Source: Lama guanicoe (Eukaryota). From it: DNA of 64,000 nt. The notes below the pieces were generated by a model, which saw nothing but the letters and a program-made list of their open reading frames with translations, ran no database searches and was not told where the DNA came from. The DNA is taken from positions 7,970,358 to 8,034,357 of the forward strand of contig MU054187.1 of NCBI GenBank assembly GCA_013239625.1, in the 5' to 3' direction. The translations under genes were made by a program, and so were the position numbers. Shown here one piece after another: positions 39,971 through 53,029 of the stretch (the stretch's first letter is position 1; each line of letters starts with the position of its first letter).

Positions 39971-41349
39971 ACATTTTAGGGATGATCATGTGCAGTGTAA
40001 CTTGATTACAGCGGTGGTTATATGGGTACAGACATATCAAAATTCATCCAACTATTCACTTAAAAATGGGTGCATTCAGTTTATGTATGGTATGTGAATT
40101 ATAGCACAATAACACTGATTTAAAGAATCCAATGAATATATTATTAAATATTTATTATATAAAGCATTTGATAATGACTAGGTGAAATGATACCCTGGTT
40201 TTCTTAAAACTGCAAAAAAAAAAAAACAGTCCACATATAGAAGAAAATGTAAATTCAATTTATAGCCTTCTGCAATGAGACATAAATTAGTGTGTTTATT
40301 TTGAAAAGAATACTGATATTTTAAAGGCTTTATATTTAATGTAAAAACTTTTACTAAGTTAAAAGAATAACAATTATGAATAGTTTCTCCAGGGAATTTT
40401 CACATGTCAGTTTTCTACTTTTTCATGTTAAATGAAGTGAAGCCACTGAGACCCCAGGCAGTTAACGGCATCACCAGAAAAGGGTTGAATTAGTAACTTC
40501 CTTTTTATCTGGACAGTAAAAACTATCACTGTCACCATAACTTCTATCTTGTACTAAGGCAAGATTTTATGACAAATGCGTTTTAAAATGCGTAGGGTAA
40601 TTAAAAATGTACCCCATATCATACCTGAATTTTTAAAAGTATAATCAAATTGAAGTTTCTGCATCATTGGATGAATATGTGGTTTATTTTATGGCTTGAT
40701 ACACTTCAAATGTGTGAGTGAATTTAGAATATATGTTGTGAGTTCCCTGGCTTCAGCATCACTCGGGGTCAGTGAATGACAAGCATGAAGTCTGTTGTAT
40801 AACCTCTTAGGAAAGGTGAGACTGGGTTGATCACGATACCAACTTGCATTCCACAAGTGCTTCAGAGTGCTTCAAATTCAATCTGACATCTATCAATCTC
40901 AGATAATGGCTGTCAATGATCTACAGTGTCTGTCTCTTTTGACTTTTTTCATTTATTTATTTACTTGCTTCCTATTTTATTCATTTTCCTGATGAAAATT
41001 ATGATTAATTCCAGCTTACCATTTTTATATAGCCTTTGAAAGTCTTGCTAGTCTAAGGGTGTGAAGACACTGCCCTGTTTTCTTTAAGAGGAGTTCTAGA
41101 CTTTACAATTAGGTCTGGATTTGAGAACAGGATCCTGAGGGACAAGGGTATTTATCAGGTGTACTGAGCAAGGGGACATGTCATGTGGAAGTAAGTTAGA
41201 AGGAGTTAGTATCTGGGGTCTTTTGATATAATTTTCCTCATGTGATAAAAATACGTAATCATTATAGATCTTAAAATAATGTTTAGAACTTAGAACTCTG
41301 TTGTTGTAGATAAACTGTTGGTTTATTGAAACTTTCAGCGTTGAGCTAC

Positions 41350-42155
41350 CCAAATTATTCTGTCTTCCACTGTTCTTGCTGAGAACTCAGTGGACCATGT
41401 AGAAGATAATCTGGCTTTTTCTCTTGCTACCTTTAGTATTTTCTCTTTGTCTCTGATTTTTAGCAAATTTACTATGCAGTATGTTTTGTATTTTTCCAGC
41501 CTTAGGTAATCAGTGATTCCTGAATTTGTGGCTCAGTTTCTTCATGAATTTCAGAATATTGTCAGATACTACCTTTTTCAAATATGACTTCTGCCCCATT
41601 TTCTTTCTCTTTTCCTTCTAAGAATCCAATAGGCATATGTTGGACCTTTTCACCATGCTTCATATCTGCTTTTAAATTCATCTATTGAATTATTATTTTT
41701 AGTTACATTATTTCCCAATTTTAAAATAGCCATTTGGCTATTTCTTATAGATCAGTTATTTCCCAGTAAGATTGTCCACCTTATCAATTATTTTCTCTAA
41801 CATATTAATAGTTTTAGTTAAGGTTTGTTGTTTTATAACCCCATTATCTAGATTACCCAGGGATGGCTTTATCTTATGTGTTTATTTCCCCTCTTGCCCG
41901 TTTCTGACTATGTAACATCATTTCCAAATTTTCCTAAAGTCTTGCAACATTACCCCTTCAGCCTGATTTCCAGTTGCTGGCATATACATCTCTTTGCCCA
42001 AATGCCTTTTATAGTCACCAGAGCTCTTCTCTACAGATCTAGACCGTAAAACTGTGGCTTTATTTTTCCTTTTGGGCTTTTATGGCTGTTCTAATTGTTT
42101 TTGGTAGAATCACTGGTCTACTGGAAGGTACTCCGTCATAATCAGAAGCAGAAGG
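41350..42155 (-). mobile_element. Ancient L1M 5'/ORF1-region fragment
   Basis: attttctctttgtctctgatttttagcaaatttactatg, caaatatgacttctgccccattttctttctct; ends tactccgtcata...agaagcagaag. Confidence 0.7.
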
Positions 42156-42429
42156 GCCTTCTGCACATTTCTAAAGTGCAAAAATATAGATCCTATAATG
42201 AAATTATTTGTTATATTGAGTTATAGTTTTTATTGTATTGGGAGTTGCACAATTTAAAAAAAAAAAGTTAGCAGAGACGGATTAGTCCCTGATTTCACAG
42301 TGTGTAGAATATTTAGGTAGTACAGAAACTGCTGTGAAGGGTCATTTTTAAAAACAACCCCCTCATTTTTTGATGAAGCAAATTATTTCTGGGTGCTTAT
42401 GTATACCCAACACTGCGTTAGCTGCAGGG

Positions 42430-42610
42430 GCAGAGCAGCAGAGCAAATCCATCCAGGGAGTACATTGTTAGACTTACGGCCAGTGTTTGGACACTGGCTC
42501 TCCCGTCAGCTAGTTTTGTGACAATGAGCACATCTCTGTGAGTGTCAGTTTGTGTCTGCAGAAAATAAAGATTGGACATCACTATTTCTAAGCTTCCTTT
42601 CTCCTTTATA
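42430..42610 (+). mobile_element. MIR3/MIRc-like fragment
   Basis: agctagttttgtgac...ctctgtgagtgtcagttt...attggac...tttctaagcttccttt. Confidence 0.5.
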
Positions 42611-43261
42611 ATACCTGTAGATTATAACTTTCATGAAACGAAGACCCACATCTGTCACTGCCACATCCTGAATGTCTAAAATAATGCCTGGACCTCAGTA
42701 AATAGGACAGAGTAAATTAAATGGCATACATTTATGCCTGTGGTTTCATTAGCAGATTAGTTCACATATTTATACATATATATATACATATTTTAACTGT
42801 ATCTTATCTCTGAATTATTTAAAAATGTGACTTTGCCTCAGCACAGAATTTCACCTTGTGTATTACACTTTTCTTCTCTTGTCTAGATTTTAATCAATCA
42901 ATGTCATCAACCTTTCGAACTACTTCCTTTTTGGCTCTTTAATTTCATGTCTGTATTTTTCAATTAACCACCAATTATCAAAATCTTTTCTAGAATTCTT
43001 TATAGAATTATTATAGTCATTTTGAGGAAAATTACTTATGGAAATATTATTCAAAAAAGCAAGCATTTCCTAAGAATTTTTGGTACAGTAAAATCTAGCA
43101 TTTTTAAGTATACTTTATACAAAGAGTTTATTGACAATACATCTACATATCTTGCACTTTTTAAATATGGCTGATTGTTAGCTTCAAAAGGACTGCCTAC
43201 CACTTATATTCCAACCAGCTGCTATGAAAGAAATAGGTATTAATGGACCTACCACACCTTC

Positions 43262-43354
43262 AGCCTCTTGTCTCCAGTCACTGTGCTTAGCTGCAGGATT
43301 CCCATTAACATTAATGGGAGTTCCATGCACACATCACCTGGAGAACAGACCCCT
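43262..43354. repeat. About 90-bp imperfect palindrome, likely an ancient MITE remnant
   Basis: Core tcccattaa-ca-ttaatggga (43300-43319); outer arms tctccag / ctggaga. Confidence 0.65.
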
Positions 43355-43917
43355 CGATGTTTGATCATTATCTTCCTAGACAGGTAGGAATGGCATCAAT
43401 CAGGTATCCAGCTTAGTTTCACAGTATGTACTATTAAAGGCATCAGGGCAATAAAAACACAGCTTTCTAACACTTTCTTTATAAAACTATAAAAACGTGC
43501 AGAACAACCAAAGGAGGAGATTTTTAAAGCATACAAGAAGTACATGGCTTTCCTGCGTATCTTTTTATAATTACAAATGACCCGAAACTGAAGCATACAC
43601 GCTACTTCCTTGCTAAGGCGGCCATAATGGGATAATAAAGACAAGCTTTCATTATATAAAATGGATTTGATTTACTATAAAGTAGCCAAACAGTGAAGCG
43701 ACAGTGGAGTTTACATGGAAGCTGCTTGACCTCTGGATTCTTTTCCTTTTAACATTTTCCCACCATACCATTAATAAATCAAATACTTCTACGTGGTTAG
43801 AAAGAAAATGACACGAGTGATTAGAACAAATGTGTGTGCTGCCTCACATTGGGGGGAACGTTACGAAAGTAAAGACGCATTTTCTGTTCTGATTTACTCA
43901 CACTTAGTAAATTAGGA

Positions 43918-44110
43918 GCAGCTACATAGTGAAAAGGAAAGAATGAAAAGGAAAGCCTGGGTGAGACATGGGGGAGGGAGAACATGGTTTGGCTTTGAGA
44001 CCAATTTTAATACTTCTGCGACCTTGGATAAATTTTCTGAAGCCACTTCGTCATTTGTAAAAGGAGTCTAAAAACTCCCATGTTGTAGAGTAAGTAAGAG
44101 GCTTATATGA
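43918..44110 (+). mobile_element. MIR fragment
   Basis: ctgcgaccttggataaatt...tcatttgtaaaag. Confidence 0.5.
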
Positions 44111-45029
44111 CAATTAAGTGCCTATGGAAAGGATAACTCTTACCCTATGTGTGTGTATAATTATTAACTATAAACGGTAGTATGATATTATGGAACGAGC
44201 ATTAGAGTCAGATAGACATGCATTACAATCCCATGTCCGCTGCAAACTGATCTTATGATTCTGGGCACATTTGTCTTTTTCTTCATCCTTCTTCTGAATA
44301 TGTATCTGTCATGCTTATATGTACCTGCATTTATAGACATACACACACACACCACGTGCAATATCACACACACAGGTGCACGCACATCACACATATACAT
44401 ATATTTGGGTAGAAACACTTTTATCATCAACTGAGTTCTAATGGCTCACAATTTGAACTTTTTCTCTGAGTTCAGCCATATGGCTCAGCTGCTAAATCTG
44501 TAGCCACTGTTTAAATACATAATCTTGTAAAGACTTATATTAGGGACTCTGAGTTACAGGCAAGTGGCTGTCAGGGCCTCACATCGGTCTCCTGAGGTCT
44601 GGCTCTTACTGGCCCGTCCGTGTGTGTTGTCTACTAGTCCATGGACACCTGTCATGCACAGAATCTGGAAGTCCTATTGTCGGGAAAATCCCCCCCTGTT
44701 GGGGACTGTCCTCCCTGTCTTAGTTCCCCATTTTTCTTACAAATAATCAACTCTAGCTCAGGACTCACTCAGACAGTGGAGGGCTTTTTATCTGAAAATA
44801 TCTGACTTAGCTGAATTTTACCTACCACCTTAGTGAGATGTTACAATAGGATTGTAACCAGGCTTGAGCTGTCTGGAGACCAAGCAAATTCCACCGACAC
44901 AGTGAGGAGAACTGGGTGAAAAGTAGAGGAATGAAGATGTAGGAAGAATATGCTCATTTTTTGTACAGTGATTTGTCCCCGAAAACGCTGTGCTAAGCCT
45001 TTGTCTAGTCAGTCAGGAAGCCCTTTTCG

Positions 45030-45320
45030 GGAGGTATTCAGATCCCACTTCAACAGATGAGGAAACCAGCACTCAATTTAACTGACTTGTCCAGGACTGC
45101 ATTGCACTGAGTGGGAAAATCGTCATTCAATGATTTTGACCTTCGAGAGTTCATTATTCTTATGGAATCAGTGCAGCTTTAAAATGGGGATGACAGTGGT
45201 ATCCACCTCCTAGTGCTGTTGTTAGGTTTAAATACAACTGTATCAGCAAAGGGCTCAAAACAATGTTGGACACATAATACATGATACACATAATATATGC
45301 TCCATAATTGCTAGTTATCA
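45030..45320. mobile_element. Two MIR fragments (minus, then plus)
   Basis: cccacttcaacagatgaggaaacc...tgacttgtccagg; taaaatggggatgacagtggtatccacctc. Confidence 0.7.
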
Positions 45321-45371
45321 TATTGCAAAAACACAAAAACTATGTCCGTTAGTCTAAATCTGTACACATTT

Positions 45372-45680
45372 TTACTCAACAACTTTTAGAACATCTACCA
45401 ATTTCTAAGTGGAAACCATAAAAGGCCTAGTGGAGAGACAAACAATAAACAGATAATTAGCAGGTGCACACATGATCAGTAAGTAAAGCCTGGAGGGGGA
45501 CAGGAGGTGGGGAGCTGATTAGATCGGATGGTCAAGGAAAGCCCCTCCGAAGTAGTAACACTGGAGCCAAGATCTAAACAAGGAGAGGGTAAAAGCCTCA
45601 GGGGAAGACCTCAGAGAAAATTCTCAGGACAGGGAACGAGGGTACAGGCTCTGAAGTGAAAAAAGTCCGGTGTGTTGTCC
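45372..45680 (-). mobile_element. L2 fragment
   Basis: ctagtggagagacaaacaataaaca; ggatggtcaaggaaagcccctccgaagtagtaaca. Confidence 0.65.
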
Positions 45681-46627
45681 CTTTTTACTTGTATGGGGAA
45701 AATGTTTGATCAGCTCTGTGGCTGTATACATTTTTAACTTAAGAAATAAAACATCTCCTTAAAGGAACAATAAAATAAAATCTGCACTTCTGTGAGACTG
45801 TTAACAAGACTCACAGCCTCTCTCTTAGGTGCATTTTATGTGCCTTGGGGCCAAGTTCACATCTTTCTGTACGCTTCTGTGGAAGTGTGGAGGGAGATGT
45901 GAATCCGGAACAGCAAAGAAGACGCTCCTCCCCCCAGTTTGCAACAAATATTGCTAATGAAGGGTGCATTCTGTGTTTTGCCACAGGCTTATGGAAAAGA
46001 AATATCATCAGCTCTAAATATAAAAGCATGACATACATAACATCGCATCCTGATAGCTAAAGTGATTAATCTGAATAACATTTCTTCTTCTTTCTTAGTC
46101 TTTTGGAGAAGTCATACAAGCAAGACAGGAAATTTTGAGGGTATGAAATGGAACTTCTCTCTCAAATAATTGCACACAACTGAAATCATCCCAGATGGGA
46201 ACATTTGGCAATTTTCAGAGCATTTCACAAAGTGGGTTAATAGAGAGTCAAGGTTATTTTCATGATTCACATTTATGGGACTTCTTGATCTATTCCCCTA
46301 CCTCTAATATCTTAGTTCCTTATTCTGGCACTCTTCTGTCTTTGATTATCTTTGATAAATGCAGTGGGACTGAAGTCTCCAGGCCTAGATAAGAAGAAAC
46401 TTCAGCATTTTCTCAGTGGACTTCAGGAGCTGTCAGCCCCCAGGGAATATTTCTCAGCCAGAAACACTACTAGAGTTAAGTGTATCACATTTGCATAATC
46501 CTAGCTTTGAAACATGTTGTTTCTCTTACTTTGTCAATGACTTTTGAAGGACACATGACTATTCCCATTTTTTAGATGATGAAATTGAGACAAAGAGGTC
46601 ACACAACTTGCCCAAATCTATACATCT

Positions 46628-46848
46628 TCTTTTTTTTTTAAATTTCAGAACTATATGTGTTTTTAGTTGAAATATAGTCACTTTACAATTTTGTATCAAT
46701 TTCTGGTGCACAGCATAGTGTTTCAGTCACTCACCACATACATGTACACATATTCCTTTTCATATTCTTTTTCATTTTCATCATAGGTTACCACAAGATA
46801 CTGAATTCAGTTCCCTGCGCTATACAATATGACCTCGTTGTTTATCTA
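46628..46848 (-). mobile_element. Older L1 3' UTR tail adjoining a MIR fragment
   Basis: T-run, then gttgaaatatagtcactttacaat...agttccctgcgctatacaat...gttgtttatctat; MIR core at 46560-46620. Confidence 0.85.
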
Positions 46849-49800
46849 TCATTGCAAACCTGGGTCATATACTTGTGAAGTAAGACCCTGTACTTTTTTT
46901 TTTTTTTGTACTCTATGCCTGTATCCAACAACAGTCAATTTCTCACTTTGGTGTTGACTCAGCTATGTTTACGTTCCTTAAAAATAAGATAGTAAACTAT
47001 AAAACACTACTGAACTCCAAATCCCAAGAAACATAATTCCCATAGTTAACCACAGAAGGCTTCAGTCATCGTGGGGATTTATGATGGAAGTGGCTCACGA
47101 ACAAAGGGAGAACCTACTTTTTAAAGCTGGCCAATCTGGGGTATGTGAGGAAGCCACTCATGCCTGTCCACACACATCTCCCTTAGTAACTGCTACTGTC
47201 TCATATTTTATAGAGAGAAAATAGATATTTTTCTTACACAAAGCTTAAAGCAAAATCTCATTTAAGAACATAAACCAACAATTTAATGAATTGATTCCAA
47301 TATTGTTTTAATTTTCAATCTTCTAATTTTAATGAGGTTACTAAAGGAACATACAGATAATTGAATCAAAATAATGAACTATTGATTCTTTTGTTGTGAA
47401 TGCATTCTGTTCCTTGACGTAGACTTTGAGACCACAGTGTATTATACCAGCAAATTATAGTACATGAAGGAGAATGTGAAGCAGAAATGACAGCTATGAT
47501 TTTCTCATTAAAACCAACCTAAAACAATGTTTGCATTCAAAACTAACCAAGCCTTTTTAATATGTCTTAATTTTATGATATTGACTGCCGCTGGAAATCT
47601 ATAAAGTATGGAAGCTAGAAACCCCTCCCTGCCACTCAGAATTTTAGCAATATTTCATCGACAATTTTGAACAAACCAACATAATTAAAAATTTAAAAGA
47701 TGTATAGGAAATGCAAAATTGTTGCCCAAGTTACAGAACTCTCCCATCTTCATCTTTCTGTGTAGATTCAGTAAGAACAAATGGAGAAAGGAAAATGATA
47801 TTTTTTAACCCTCCAATCATATATTGACAACACTTTTCAAAGCAACCTGCTTAAAGCAGTTTATTGCTGAATTTGGTATCAAACATTTGTTCTGGGATAT
47901 ATCTGGGAACTGGGAAATCTTCCTAACTATTTCTGCCCGTTTCTGCAATAATTGAAGTTAACAAAAACAAAACAAAACAAAAACAAACAAACAAAAACCT
48001 GTCTTTCATCCCAAGACCATAGTATATGGTTACTGACATAATGTGCTAAGTCAAACAACATATGCACTTGAAAGGCAGAATCTGAAACGATATTGATTAT
48101 CTGTACCCTTTTTTTTTTTTCTCGCTATTTACTGCTTTGTGTGTAAGGGAACAGTACCCTTTGAACTAAAACATTTTCCTTCTTTTCTATTTCTTCATTA
48201 CATAATCCTAGCTTTCTTAAATATCAAAAGAACCCAGACCCATACCTGATATAAAACTGTTTCCCTTTATGCAATTTTCAAGGGACTTTTAGAGTATCTT
48301 TCCCCAGTGATTGCAGGGTATTTCCACATAGGCTGTCATTTTAAGGTGAAAAATTTGCAAGGACAGTCACACCATCTGTCATCAGCTGGGTTCCGTGACA
48401 CCCAGAGCTGCTCTGAAATGGCCAGCGGCCTCCTGCATAACAAAGACCTTGCCCCTTGGCATTGTTTGTTCCTTGACCTGTGCTGAGAGTCCTTCAAAAG
48501 GGGCTTTCCTGCAATCATTTCAGGGCTGCTTCTCAGGGGCAGGGTCTTCAAAAGAAAAAAAATTATTTATGCATATAGGAAATTTGAAATGCTCTGGCCT
48601 TACAAGGAAACCGATGGCATGAACCCTAGAAGGAGTTTGCTCTTAGCTTTGTTTCTGTGATCCTGAATGAAAACCTACTTAGCATTTTTTTTTTTTGCGT
48701 TTCAGCTTTTGAAACTTTCTTTAAGATATAATTTATGTGTTAAGCAATCCGCAGAGAAAGCCAGAGTGTGTAGGTTAAATGTAACTGGACCATTCAAATA
48801 CAGAAGCTGGGTCAAAATAAGTGAAAAATACACCTCTGATCAACAAAACCCCAGTGCCTCTCACCGTGGAAGTCACAGACAAGCTATTCTTACTGCCATG
48901 TCAAGCACCACTTACAACTTATAAATACAATACGGTACAATCTCACTGTAGGTCACTTGTGCCCAGAGAAGGATTACTGCTGTAGCTCACAATATTTATG
49001 AAAGAAACACACAGAAAGAGAGAAAATGTCAACTATTGTGAAACATTTTTACTAAGAAATGTACACTCTCATCTGCCTGACGTATAAAGACATAAAACCA
49101 AGGCTTCCCTTTCTTTTAATTTGCCGTGGCTGTAAAAGTGTGTATTCCTCAATTTAGAGAATCTAAACTAGAGTTCTCTTTTGAAAGGCTGAAAATTAGG
49201 CAGATCACTGTTAAAAGAAGCTTCAGCCATTTCTAGGAATGAATGAATAAACACAAAAGGATATTCCCTCTGTCAACATAATTAATGACAAGATTTTATG
49301 AGCTTCATTTAGTCCCCAAGACATAGTTATATACAATACATGGAGTGTGTGTTTATGTGCACCATAGTATAAATATGTAAAAGTCACATCATTAAATCTT
49401 TTATATGTCTGTATTCATAATACACAAAGCTGTTTTTAAATTATTTAAAGTTCTATTCTCTCTTCCATATACATTAATACTAATAAGAGTTGCCGTCAAC
49501 ATCAAAGGGAAACTAGACCCCTAATTAGAGTTCCAATCTGCCCTGAGAGTCGCGTTGCAGAGAGAACAAATATGGAATAAGTTGAGCATTAGAGAAGCTA
49601 ATAATCAGTCCGCATTCTCAACTTCTGATTATCGCAAGAATGCGGTGATTCCTTCACAATAAAATGCAATCACTTTCCATCACAATTTGTAAACATAAAA
49701 TTTCATATGAACAATTCCCAGAGGGGAAAAAAATAACAGTTACAACAGATAAAGCTGTGATGTCCTCTTATGTTAAGATATGGGACAGTTACAATAGCTC

Positions 49801-50224
49801 CAGGAATTTTAAATAGATCTCAATTTTAGAATTTTTGATATGACCTAATTTTCTTTTGCCTTAGCCTTTTTGATGATCATCTTTGGCAATGTTTGTGTCT
49901 TTTCAAATGGCAAATTCCCATTGAAATTCTGATTACACATGAGGTTGGTATGGAAAACATCAGCTACTTATTAAACAAACATTTGGTGAGAACTCTGTAC
50001 TAGAAATTTTGCTAGACGCTGAAAATACTAAAGCAGAAAACAGCTTTTGGCCTTGTGCTGCTGGTGGTTAAAGAATGAAACAGCTAAACAGACAGAGAAT
50101 TAAGTATATGAAGAGAACTATTTCTAAATAGCAAAGTAATATGTGAAAATATTTAAGGATCTCCAGTGAAAAAGAAAATGTACTCTGTGACTTTAAATTT
50201 CCCTGTCCTAGAGAGACTCTTAAA

Positions 50225-50720
50225 GTTATCACTGTGGCACGTTTCATACATACACAAAAAAGAGCAGTAGAACGGATTCACGTATGTGTATCACCAACTT
50301 CACCGATTATCAACTCACGGCCAGTCTTGTTTCTCTACATCCTCTTTCATGTTATTTCTAAGAAAATCCCAGACACCATGTAATTCCATCTATATATAAG
50401 TACCTCTAAAAATAACCACAGTATTATCAAACCTAAAATTATCAATAATGCATTAGTATCATCAAATATCTCTTCAGTGTTCAAATTAAACTGATTTTCA
50501 AGTGTCGTATTTAAAATTTATTTAGATGGGAACCAAATAAGACTTACCCATGGAGTTTGGTAGGTAAGTACCTAAGTCTCTCTTAATCTGTAGGTTGTTA
50601 CTCATTCTCTGTCATCTTTTTTTCCCCTTTCAATTTAGCCATTGAAGAAAATAGAAATATTATTCTACAGACTTCTCCCACAATGTGAATTTTGCTAACT
50701 GCATTTTTGTGGTCACTTTT
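50225..50720 (-). mobile_element. L1MC4/5-like 3' UTR
   Basis: atcaactcacggccagtcttgtttc, aaatcccagacacc, tatcatcaaatatc...cagtgttcaaatt. Confidence 0.7.
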
Positions 50721-51690
50721 AGAAACTGCTTGAGTACCAATGACTATTCTGAAAATTATTAAATAAGTAGAAAAATCATCTACTTATCTTGCCTTCCTGG
50801 TTTGAAACGTTTATTTGATCACAGAAAAATTCTTCTCGATAGAAGAATTACAGTGAATAAATACTAAAGAAATGGCAGAATAGGAAAAATGGTCATTGTG
50901 AAGCTTCTATTCAAATAATGTATTGAAGTTTGCAATCATCAATGGCTGTTAAAATAATTACATGAGAAGTTAATAGGGAATTTCTAATGGATTGATGAGG
51001 CTGACCACACCTGAACCCAGAATTAATATCAACATCATCGAAATGGGACAAAAAGAACTTCCATACCTTGTGATGTGATGCAAGTAATTGACACAGCATC
51101 ATCTATGAACTATTCTTGTCAATAAATAATTAACCAGATTGAATCAGATCTCCAAATTCACTATCATTTTTACAGAAAAAATGGGGGATAGCAGAGCATG
51201 TAAAATAACATCATATAAAGATGCCATCAGCATGGCCAGAATATGAAAAATGTTATAGAAAATAAAATAACCCAGTGTCGTCAACAACAAAACATGCTTT
51301 GAAAACAAAGGAAGAAGGGTAACTGCTATATATTAAAAGATGCTTAAGAGATAAGGCAACATAAAGCAGTGTAAAAATCTTGTGGGATCCTGATCCAAAT
51401 GAATTCACTATAAAAGCACATGTTTGAGACAATTAGCAATTCTGATTTTGTGGTCATGTCACTGAGCTTACATTCTTTAATTATTATTTGTTAGGGATAC
51501 ACATTGAAGTATTTATGGACAAAATGATGGGTATGTGGGAGTTTCTTTGAAAAACTCCAGTAGCAGAGGTAAAGTGAGGGGAGCTGCAACAGATGATGAA
51601 ACAAGATTGGAAAATGTTGATAACTATCAAAGTTGGCTGATGGGTATATGGGTTTTCATCTGTATGTTGGAACATTTTCATATTAAAGGG
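50721..51690 (+). mobile_element. L1MC4/5-like 3' UTR
   Basis: ggctgaccacacctgaaccc, cacagcatcatctatgaactattcttg, gatgaaacaagattggaaaatgttgataa. Confidence 0.75.
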
Positions 51691-51871
51691 TATTTTTAAG
51701 AGATAATAATTTATTTTCCAACTGGAGGTAACTTTGTGTGCTTATTTACCCTGAAGTTGAAAATAAATTTGATCAGATTTTCAGCATAATTCTTCTTTGA
51801 GAAATCTCTCCATGTTTTAGGGAAAGAGGTGTGCACATCCTACTGAAAGATCATGCAACTGTGCCCTGACC

Positions 51872-52037
51872 CTTGTGACTCAAGGTGTAGTCTGTGGACC
51901 AATCGCCATGCCAATACCCGAGCACTTGTCAGAATGCAGAATCTCAGGTCCCTCCCTCCTTGACCTGATGAATCAGAGTCTGGATTTCATACAAGATCCC
52001 CAGGTAATTCTTGCACATTAAAGTTTGAGAAGTACTG
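51872..52037. mobile_element. MER5A1-like hAT-Charlie MITE
   Basis: agaatgcagaatctcagg...acaagatccccaggtaattc...tgcacattaaagtttgagaagtactg. Confidence 0.88.
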
Positions 52038-52696
52038 CTCTAGAACCCATTCTCTTCAAGGACCTTTTCCCACTAATTATTTATTATATTAACCTATGTT
52101 CAGTCTTTCCCCTCCACTAGCTTCTTCTTAACTGCACATAAATAAGTCAGATTATCTCTCATCTTAAATAAAATAAATGAACAAACAAACAAATAAACCT
52201 GTTTCTAGTTCATTGCTGACCTAGAACCTTGGACTTCTATGAGAAACATATGTGCCCGACCCAAATCCCTCTCTTTTGACTTAATTCACTCTAATAGGTT
52301 TCTGTCACCTGCCACTAATAGAACCTAACACATCAAGGTCTCATCTTTGGGTCCCATCTCCTTCTCTGCTTTCAGTGAAATTTTGTCATACTCACCTAGC
52401 TTCTCCTGCTGTCCATGAGCTTAGAACTCCCACATCTCTGTGTCCATCACTGTCCCTTCATCCTGGGGCAGGCCTGCCACTCTAATTCCACAGTCACCTC
52501 CCACCCAGTAAGTTCAAAGCTGAATTTATTATCTTCTTCATTCAACTTTTTCCTTTTTCAAACACAGTTAATTTTAGTTGTTAACAGCACCAACTACTCA
52601 GTCACTTTAATCTGAAAACTGAAAGTCGTCCTTGACCCCACATTCATGTCACTGCTGTAGTTCAAACTGTAACCACCTCAGATTAATCAGTACTTT

Positions 52697-53029
52697 GCTG
52701 TGATGGTTAATTTCATGTGTCAAGTCAAAGGGTGTTTTTGGATGAGATTAGCCTTTAAATGATTGAGCTTTGAGTAAAGCCAACTGTCCTTCCTAAGGTG
52801 AGCAGGCTTCCTTCAATTAGTTGAAGGCCCATCTAGAACAAGAGCCCATCAGACTGCCTTTGGACTTCATCTGCACCATCAGCTGTCCTGGGTCTTGAAC
52901 CCACCGGTTCTTACTGCAGATTTGGACTTGTTAGCTCCCATAATCAGAAGAGCAAATTCCTTATAATTAATTAATCAATCAATCAATCTCCCATCGGTTC
53001 TGTTTCTCAGGAGAACCCTAACTAAAATA
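52697..53029 (+). mobile_element. MLT2 (ERVL) LTR, internally deleted
   Basis: tgtgatggttaatttcatgtgtcaa...ggatgagatta...ggttctgtttctcaggagaaccctaactaa. Confidence 0.88.

Larger units (their letters stand above)
36600..40125 (+). mobile_element. Old L1ME-like ORF2 and 3' UTR, split by a younger L1 and a SINE
   Basis: ggaagactcaatatt...caattcacccaaattgat; resumes at about 39672 with ttaatctatagtggtagaa and ends tatgtgaattatagcacaataa. Confidence 0.85.
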
